Positions 28,677-36,400 of a DNA stretch of 64,000 nucleotides are shown piece after piece. Made by a program: the position numbers and the translations under genes. Positions within the stretch are counted from its first letter, which is position 1. Each line of letters starts with the position of its first letter. Source of the DNA: Mobula hypostoma (Eukaryota); NCBI RefSeq assembly GCF_963921235.1, contig NC_086108.1, positions 31,126,001-31,190,000 on the forward strand, read 5' to 3'. Under the pieces are notes generated by a model that did no database searches, was not told the origin of the DNA, and saw nothing but the letters and a program-made list of their open reading frames with translations.

Positions 28677-29192
28677 ATTTAAATGGGCAGACATCCTGCT
28701 TCGGATTTGATTCGAAGAAGGAGTCTGAGAGTCTGAGTGGGAGTGCCGAGAAAGAGATTTTTGAAATTTTCGTTATTTTTTTTTTCTCCAACGGCTTTCT
28801 GAGAGGCGGGACTGCGCAGGCGTGTGACGTCGGGCAGTGCAGCGCGGCAGATTTAAAAGGGCAGACATCCTGCTTCGGATTTGATTCGCAGAAGGAGTCT
28901 GAGAGTCTGAGTGGGAGTGCCGAGAAAGAGATTTTTGAAATTTTCGTTATTTTTTTTTCTCCAACGGCTTTCTGAGAGGCGGGACTGCGCAGGCGTGTGA
29001 CGTCGGGCAGTGCAGCGCGGCAGATTTAAAAGGGCAGACATCCTGCTTCGGATTTGATTCGGAGTCTGAGAGTCTGAGTGGGAGTGCCAAGAAAGAGATT
29101 CTTGAAATTTTCGTTATTTTTTTTTTTCTCCAACGGCTTTCTGAGAGGCGGGACTGCGCAGGCGTGTGACGTCGGGCACTGCAGCGCGGCAG
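28677..29192 (+). repeat. Three tandem ~170-bp monomers in the LINE 5' UTR (28677-28850, 28851-29023, 29024-29192)
   Basis: Each starts ATTTAAA[A/T]GGGCAGACATCCTGCTTCGG and ends ...GCAGCGCGGCAG. Lengths are 174/173/169 bp, differing by T-tract length (10/9/11) and a 6-bp deletion in unit 3. A fourth ATTTAAAAGG begins at 29193 and then diverges. Confidence 0.95.
28803..28858 (+). promoter_or_regulatory. Putative Pol II promoter module (GC box, NRF1-like, CRE-like, TATA-like), repeated at ~28976-29031 and ~29145-29200
   Basis: GAGGCGGGAC (28803-28812), TGCGCAGGCGTG (28813-28824), TGACGTCG (28825-28832) and ATTTAAAA (28851-28858), in canonical upstream-to-TATA order and CpG-rich. Motif resemblance only. 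Confidence 0.55.
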
Positions 29193-29364
29193 ATTTAAAA
29201 GGAACAGAGCCTCATAGAGCGGGCAGCGTAGTTTGCGGGCTGCGGAGTGAGCCGGGAGCAGAGTGAAGACTTAAGGGCTTTGGCTCAACGGGCTTAGGCG
29301 GAAGCGGGCGAGGCGAGGAAGGTTTGACATTCATTTTCTGTTGCTATTTGAGGAGAGGGGCATT

Positions 29365-30300
29365 ATGACTGTGAGGGCAGTTTGCTGTTCTCGGTGTCGG
29401 ATGTGGGAGGCCCAGGAGTCTCCAAGCCTCCCGGACGTCTACATCTGCGCCAAGTGCATCGAGATGCAGCTCCTAAGGGACCGCGTTACGGAACTGGAGC
29501 TGCAGCTCGATGACCTTCATCTGGTCAGGGAGAGCGAGGAGGTGATAGAGAGGAGTGGAAGGCAGGTGGTCACGCCGGGGCCACGGGAGGCAGACAAGTG
29601 GGTCACGGTTAGGAGGGGGAAGGGGAAAAGGCAGGTGATGGGGAGTACCCTGGTGGCTGTGCCCCTTAACAACAGGTACTCCTGTTTGAGTACTGTTGGA
29701 GGGGACAGCTTACCCGGGGGAAGCGACAGTGGCCCTGCCTCCGGCACAGAGTCTGGCCCTGTAGCTCAGAAGGGTAGGGCAAGGAAGAGGAGGGCAGTTG
29801 TGATAGGGGACTCGATAGTAAGGGGGTCAGATAGGCGATTCTGTGGACGCAGTCCAGAGACTCGGATGGTAGTTTTTCTCCCTGGTGCCAGGGTCCGGGA
29901 TATTTCTGATCGTGTCCAAGATATCCTGAAGTGGGAGGGTGAAGAGCCAGAGGTCCTGGTACATATAGGTACCAATGACATAGGTAGGAAAAGGGATGAG
30001 GTCCTGAAAGAAGAATATAGGGAGCTAGGAAGGGAGTTGAGAAAAAGGACCGCAAAGGTAGTAATCTCGGGATTACTGCCTGTGCCACGCGACAGTGAGA
30101 GTAGGAATGCGATGAGGTGGAGGATAAATGCGTGGCTGAGGGATTGGAGCAGGGGGCAGGGATTCAAGTTTTTGGATCATTGGGACCTCTATTGGTGCAG
30201 GCGTGACCTGTACAAAAAGGACGGGTTACACTTAAATCCTAGGGGGACCAATATCCTGGCAGGGAGATTAGCGGGGGCTACTGTGGTGACTTTAAACTAG
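29365..30300 (+). CDS. CR1 ORF1 protein, 311 aa: N-terminal Cx2C-x16-Cx2C zinc finger and leucine zipper, C-terminal SGNH/GDSL esterase domain
   Basis: First ATG is at 29365 (the track starts at an upstream TTG). CSRC...CAKC, heptad LRDRVTELELQLDDL, and SGNH blocks IGDS, PGA, HIGTND and DGLH are all intact. This architecture is established for vertebrate CR1 ORF1. Confidence 0.9.
   Translation: MTVRAVCCSRCRMWEAQESPSLPDVYICAKCIEMQLLRDRVTELELQLDDLHLVRESEEVIERSGRQVVTPGPREADKWVTVRRGKGKRQVMGSTLVAVPLNNRYSCLSTVGGDSLPGGSDSGPASGTESGPVAQKGRARKRRAVVIGDSIVRGSDRRFCGRSPETRMVVFLPGARVRDISDRVQDILKWEGEEPEVLVHIGTNDIGRKRDEVLKEEYRELGRELRKRTAKVVISGLLPVPRDSESRNAMRWRINAWLRDWSRGQGFKFLDHWDLYWCRRDLYKKDGLHLNPRGTNILAGRLAGATVVTLN
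30291..30297 (+). other. Candidate -1 programmed ribosomal frameshift slippery site (T_TTA_AAC)
   Basis: ORF1 ends ACT TTA AAC TAG, so the heptamer is in X_XXY_YYZ phase. The -1 frame (TTT AAA CTA GAA TGG TTG...) is the ORF2 frame, open from 30243. Confidence 0.65.
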
Positions 30301-33300
30301 AATGGTTGGGGGGTGGGAATCAAATTAAAGAGGCTAGGTGTGAGGAGGTTAGTTCACAACAGAGGGATGGGGACCAGTGCAGAGAGACAGAGGGGTGTAA
30401 AGTGAGCGTAGAAGCAAAAAGTACAAAGGGGAAAAGTAAAAGTGGCAGGCCGACAAATCCAGGGCAAGCATTAAAAAGGGCTAAGAGAGTTGTAAAAGAG
30501 CGCCTGAAGGCTTTATGTGTCAATGCAAGGAGCATTCGTAATAAGGTGGATGAATTGAAAGTGCAGATTGTTATTAATGATTATGATATAGTTGGGATCA
30601 CAGAGACATGGCTCCAGGGTGACCAGGGATGGGAGCTCAACGTTCAGGGATATTCAATATTCAGGAGGGATAGACATGAAGGAAGGGGAGGTGGGGTGGC
30701 GTTGCTGGTTTAAAAAGAGATTAACGCAATAGAAAGGAAGGACATAAGCCGGGAAGATGTGGAATCGATATGGGTAGAGCTGCGTAACACTAAGGGGCAG
30801 AAGACGCTGGTGGGAGTTGTGTACAGGCCACCTAATAGTAGTAGTGAGGTCGGAGATGGTATTAAACAGGAAATTAGAAATGTGTGCAATAAAGGAACAG
30901 CAGTTATAATGGGTGACTTCAATCTACATGTAGATTGGGTGAACCAAATTGGTAAAGGTGCTGAGGAAGAGGATTTCTTGTAATGTATGCGGGATGGTTT
31001 TTTGAACCAACATGTCGAGGAACCGACTAGAGAGCAGGCTATTCTGGACTGGGTTTTGAGCAATGAGGAAGGGTTAATTAGCGATCTTGTTGTGAGAGGC
31101 CCCTTGGGTAAGAGTGACCATAATATGGTGGAATTCTTCATTAACATGGAGAGTGACATAGTTAATTCAGAAACAAAGGTTCTGAACTTAAAGAGGGGTA
31201 ACTTTGAAGGTATGAGTCGTGAATTAGCTAAGATAGACTGGCAAATGACACTTAAAGGATTGACGGTGGATATGCAATGGCAGGCATTTAAAGGTTGCAT
31301 GGATGAACTACAACAATTGTTCATCCCAGTTTGGCAAAAGAATAAATCAAGGAAGGTAGTGCACCCGTGGCTGACAAGAGAAATTAGGGATAGTATCAAT
31401 TCCAAAGAAGTAGCATACAAATTAGCCAGAGAAAGTGGCTCACCTGAGGACTGGGAGAAATTCAGAGTTCAGCAGAGGAGGACAAAGGGCTTAATTAGGA
31501 AGGGGAAAAAAGATTATGAGAGAAAACTGGCAGAGAACATAAAAACGGACTGTAAAAGCTTTTATAGATATGTAAAAAGGAAAAGACTGATAAAGACAAA
31601 TGTAGGTCCCCTGCAGACAGAAACAGGTGAATTGATTATGGGGAGCAAGGACATGGCAGACCAATTGAATAATTATTTTGGTTCTGTCTTCACTAAGGAG
31701 GACATAAATAATCTTCCAGAAATAGTAAGGGACAGAGGGTCCAGTGAGATGGAGGAACTGAGTGAAATACATGTTAGTAGGGAAGTGGTGTTAGGTAAAT
31801 TGAAGGGATTGAAGGCAGATAAATCCCCAGGGCCAGATGGTCTGCATCCCAGAGTGCTTAAGGAAGTAGCCCAAGAAATAGTGGATGCATTAGTGATAAT
31901 TTTTCAAAACTCGTTAGATTCTGGACTAGTTCCTGAGGATTGGAGGGTGGCTAATGTAACCCCACTTTTTAAAAAAGGAGGGAGAGAGAAACCGGGGAAT
32001 TATAGGCCCGTCAGCCTAACGTCGGTGGTGGGGAAACTGCTGGAGTCAGTTATCAAGGATGTGATAACAGCACATTTGGAAAGCGGTGAAATGATCGGAC
32101 AAAGTCAGCATGGATTTGTGAAAGGAAAATCATGTCTGACGAATCTCATAGAATTTTTTGAGGATGTAACTAGTAGAGTGGATAGGGGAGAACCAGTGGA
32201 TGTGGTATATTTGGATTTTCAAAAGGCTTTTGACAAGGTCCCACACAGGAGATTAGTGTGCAAACTTAAAGCACACGGTATTGGGGGTAAGGTATTGGTG
32301 TGGGTGGAGAATTGGTTAGCAGACAGGAAGCAAAGAGTGGGAATAAACGGGACCTTTTCAGAATGGCAGGCGGTGACTAGTGGGGTACCGCAAGGCTCAG
32401 TGCTGGGACCCCAGTTGTTTACAATATATATTAATGACTTGGATGAGGGAATTAAATGCAGCATCTCCAAGTTTGCGGATGACACGAAGCTGGGTGGCAG
32501 TGTTAGCAGTGAGGAGGATGCTAAGAGGATGCAGGGTGACTTGGATAGGTTGGGTGAGTGGGCAAACTCATGGCAGATGCAATTTAATGTGGATAAATGT
32601 GAAGTTATCCACTTTGGTGGCAAAAATAGGAAAACAGATTATTATCTGAATGGTGGCCGATTAGGAAAAGGGGAGGTGCAACGAGACCTGGGTGTCATTA
32701 TACACCAGTCATTGAAAGTGGGCATGCAGGTACAGCAGGCGGTGAAAAAGGCGAACGGTATGCTGGCATTTATAGCGAGAGGATTCGAGTACAGGAGCAG
32801 GGGGGTACTACTGCAGTTGTACAAGGCCTTGGTGAGACCGCACCTGGAGTATTGTGTGCAGTTTTGGTCCCCTAATCTGAGGAAAGACATCTTTGCCATA
32901 GAGGGAGTACAAAGAAGGTTCACCAGATTGATTCCTGGGATGGCAGGTCTTTCATATGAAGAAAGACTGGATGAACTGGGCTTGCACTCGTTGGAATTTA
33001 GAAGATTGAGGGGGGATCTGATTGAAACGTATAAGATCCTAAAGGGATTGGACAGGCTAGATGCGGGAAGATTGTTCCCGATGTTGGGGAGGTCCAGAAC
33101 GAGGGGTCACAGTTTGAGGATAGAGGGGAAGCCTTTTAGGACCGAGATTAGGAAAAACTTCTTCACACAGAGAGTGGTGAGTCTGTGGAATTCTCTGCCA
33201 CAGCAAACTGTTGAGGCCAGTTCATTAGCTATGTTTAAAAGGAAGTTAGATATGGCCCTTGTGGCTACAGGGGTCAGGGGGTATGGAGGGAAGGCTGGGT

Positions 33301-33305
33301 TCTGA
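30291..33305 (+). pseudogene. CR1 ORF2 (APE endonuclease + reverse transcriptase), ~1000 codons, interrupted by two in-frame TAA stops (30711-30713, 30981-30983)
   Basis: Track ORFs 30306-30713, 30759-30983 and 30987-33305 share one frame. EN motifs: VNARS, ITETW, YRPP, GDFN, ILD, SDH. RT motifs: YRPVSLTS, QHGF, YLDFQKAFDKV, GVPQGSVLGP, KFADD. No frameshifting indels. Confidence 0.93.
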
Positions 33306-33338
33306 GTTGGATGATCAGCCATGATCATAATAAATGGT

Positions 33339-33403
33339 GGTGCAGGCTCGAAGGGCCGAATAGCCTACTCCTGCACCTATTTTCTATGTTTCTATGTTTC
33401 TAT
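33339..33403 (+). other. CR1 3' terminal stem-loop and octamer microsatellite tail (full-length copy)
   Basis: GGTGCAGG (33339-33346) pairs with CCTGCACC (33370-33377). Tail is TTTCTATG 33381-33388, TTTCTATG 33389-33396, TTTCTAT 33397-33403. Confidence 0.85.
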
Positions 33404-36400
33404 ATATCACCTCCCCGTTTCTCACGTTATCCCCCATCCCCCTCACCTGGTCTCAAAGATCACCTCCCAGTTTCTCACCTTATCTCCCGTCCCCCTCGCC
33501 CGGTCTCATATATTACCTCCCAGTTTCTCACCTTTCCCCCATCCCCTTCACCTCGTCTCATATATCACTTCCAGGTTTCTCACGTTATCCCTTAACCCCC
33601 TCACCTGGTCTCATATATCACCTCCAAATTTCTCTCCTTATTCTCCCAACCCCCTCACCTGGTCTCATATATCACCTCCCAGTTTCTCAAGTTATCCCCC
33701 ATTCCCCTCACCTGGTATCATATATCACCTCCCAGTTTCTCACCTTATCCCCCATCCCCCTCACCTGTTCTCATATATCACCTCCTAGTTTCTCAGGTTA
33801 TCCCCGGTCCCCCTCACATTGTCTCATATATCACCTCCCAGTTTCTCACCTTATTCCCGCATCCCCCTCACCTCGTCTCATATATCACCTCCCAGTTTCT
33901 CACGTTATCCCCCGTTCCCCTCACCTGGTCTCATATATCACCTCCCAGTTTCTCACGTTAACTCCCATCCCCCTCACCTGCTCTCATATATCACCTCCCC
34001 GTTTCTCTCGTTATCCCCCATCCCCCTCACCTGGTCTCACAGAGCACCTCCCAGTTTCTCACCTTATCCCCCATCCCCCTCGCCCGGTCTCATATATCAC
34101 ATCCCAGTTTCTCACCTTTCCCCCATCCCCTTCACCTCGTCTCATATATCACTTCCCAGTTTCTCACGTTATTTGCCAACCCCCTCAACTGGTCTCATAT
34201 ATCACCTCCCAGTTTCTCACCTTATTCCCCCATGCCCCTCACCTGGTCTCATACATCACGTCCCAGTTTCTCACGTTATCCCCCATCCCCCTCACCTGGC
34301 CTCATATATATCCTCCCAGTTTCTCACCTTACCCCCATCCCCCTCACCTCATTTCATATATCACCTACCTGTTTCTCACGTTATCCCCCGTCCCCCTCAC
34401 CTGGTCTCATATGTCACCTCCCAGTTTCTCACCTTATCCCCCATTCCACTCACCTCGTCTCATATATCACCTCCCAGTTTCTCACGTTATCCCCCAACCT
34501 CCTCACCTGGTCTCATATATCACTTCACAGTTTCTCACCCTATCTCCCATCCTTCTCACCCGGTCTCATATATCACCTCCCAGTTTCTCATCTTATCCTC
34601 CATGCCCCTCACCTGGTCTCATATATCACCTCCCAGTTTCTCACCTTATACCCCATCCCCCTCACCTCGTCTCATATATCACCTCCCAGTTTCTCACGTT
34701 ATCTCCCATCCCCCTCACCTGGTCTCATATATCACCTCCCGGTTTGTCACGTTATCCTCCATCACCCTCACCTGGTCTCATATATCACCTCCCGGTTTCT
34801 CACCTTATCCCCCATCCCCCTCACCTGCTCTCATATATCACCTCCCGGTTTCTCACGTTATACCCCGTCCCTCTCACTCGGTCTCATATATCCCCTCCCA
34901 GTTTCTCACGTTATCCCCCATCCCCCTCACTCGGTCTCATATATCACCTACCAGTTTCTCACCTTATCTCCCATCCCCCTCACCTCATCTCATATATCAC
35001 TTCACAGTTTCTCACCCTATCTCCCATCCTTCTCACCCGGTCTCATATATCACCTCCCAGTTTCTCATCTTATCCTCCATGCCCCTCACCTGGTCTCATA
35101 TATCACCTCCCAGTTTCTCACCTTATACCCCATCCCCCTCACCTCGTCTCATATATCACCTCCCAGTTTCTCACGTTATCTCCCATCCCCCTCACCTGGT
35201 CTCATATATCACCTCCCGGTTTGTCACGTTATCCTCCATCACCCTCACCTGGTCTCATATAACACCTCCCGGTTTCTCACCTTATCCCCCATCCCCCTCA
35301 CCTGCTCTCATATATCACCTCCCGGTTTCTCACGTTATACCCCGTCCCTCTCACTCGGTCTCATATATCCCCTCCCAGTTTCTCACGTTATCCCCCATCC
35401 CCCTCACTCGGTCTCATATATCACCTACCAGTTTCTCACCTTATCTCCCATCCCCCTCACCTCATCTCATATATCACTTCACAGTTTCTCATCTTAGCCC
35501 CCATACCCCTCACCCAGTCTCATATATCACCTCCCAGTTTCTCACGTTATCCCCCATCCCCATCACCTGGTCTGAATTATTACTTTGCAGTTTCTCACCT
35601 TATCCCCCATCCCCCTCACCCGATCTCATATATCACCGCCCTGTTTCTCACCTTATCCCCCATCCCACTGACCTCGTTTCATATATCACTTCACAGTTTC
35701 TCACCTTATCCCTCATCCCCCTAACCCGGTCTCATACATCACCTCCCAGTTTCTCACGTTATCCCCCGTCCCCCTCACCTGGTCTCATATATCACCTCCC
35801 AGTTTCTAACATTATCCCCCATCCCCCTCACCTGTTCTCATATATCACCTCCCAGTTTCAAACGTTATCCCCCGTCCCCCTCACCTGGTCTTATATATCA
35901 CCTCTCACTTTCTCACGTTATCTCCCGTCCCCCTCCCCTGGTCTCATATATCACCTCCCGGTTTCTCACCTTATCCCCCATCCCCATCACCCCGTCTCAT
36001 ATATCACTTCACAGTTTCTCACCTTATCCCCCATCCCCCTCACCCGGTCTCTAATATCACCTCCCAGTTTCTCACCTTATCCTCCATCCCCCTCACCTCG
36101 TCTCATAAAACACTTCCCAGTTTCTCAAGTTATCCCCCATCCCCGTCACCCGGTCTCATATATCACCTCCAAGTTTCTCACCTTATCCCCCATCGCCCTC
36201 ACCTGGTCTCATGTATCACCTCCCAGTTTCTCACCTTATCCCCCATCCCCCTCACCTCGTCTCATATATCACCACCCAGTTTCTTATGTTATCCCCCGTC
36301 CCGCTCACCTGGTCTCATTTATCACCTCCCAGTTCCTCACATTATCCCCCATCCCCCTCACCTGGTCTCATATATCACCTCCCTGTTTCTCACCTTATCC

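Larger units (their letters stand above)
28664..33403 (+). mobile_element. Apparently full-length CR1-clade non-LTR retrotransposon (LINE), ORF2 inactivated
   Basis: 5' tandem monomers, esterase-type ORF1, APE+RT ORF2, 3' hairpin and (TTTCTATG)n tail without poly(A). Flanks rejoin to an intact satellite monomer (GGTCTCAT|ATATCAC). Boundaries are uncertain by about 2 nt because of AT microhomology. Confidence 0.97.

Noticed and set aside
30302..30328. ATG just after the ORF1 stop (TAG A ATG) as the ORF2 reinitiation codon
   Set aside because: It is in the third frame and closes after 8 codons (ATG GTT GGG GGG TGG GAA TCA AAT TAA), so it cannot produce ORF2.
30987..33305. 772-aa ORF as a stand-alone intact RT gene
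   Set aside because: Its ATG is an internal Met following a nonsense mutation. Most of the endonuclease domain lies upstream in the same frame.
28853..33328. Short minus-strand and alternate-frame ORFs within the LINE (e.g. 30710-31420, 32219-32623, 29078-29266)
   Set aside because: Shadow ORFs of the LINE coding strand or the 5' repeats, with no recognisable motifs.
23040..33403. The two similar 748-bp segments as LTRs or as a segmental duplication
   Set aside because: They are LINE 3' ends with different flanking monomer variants and ~2% divergence, separated by satellite. There are no TG..CA termini or LTR internal genes.
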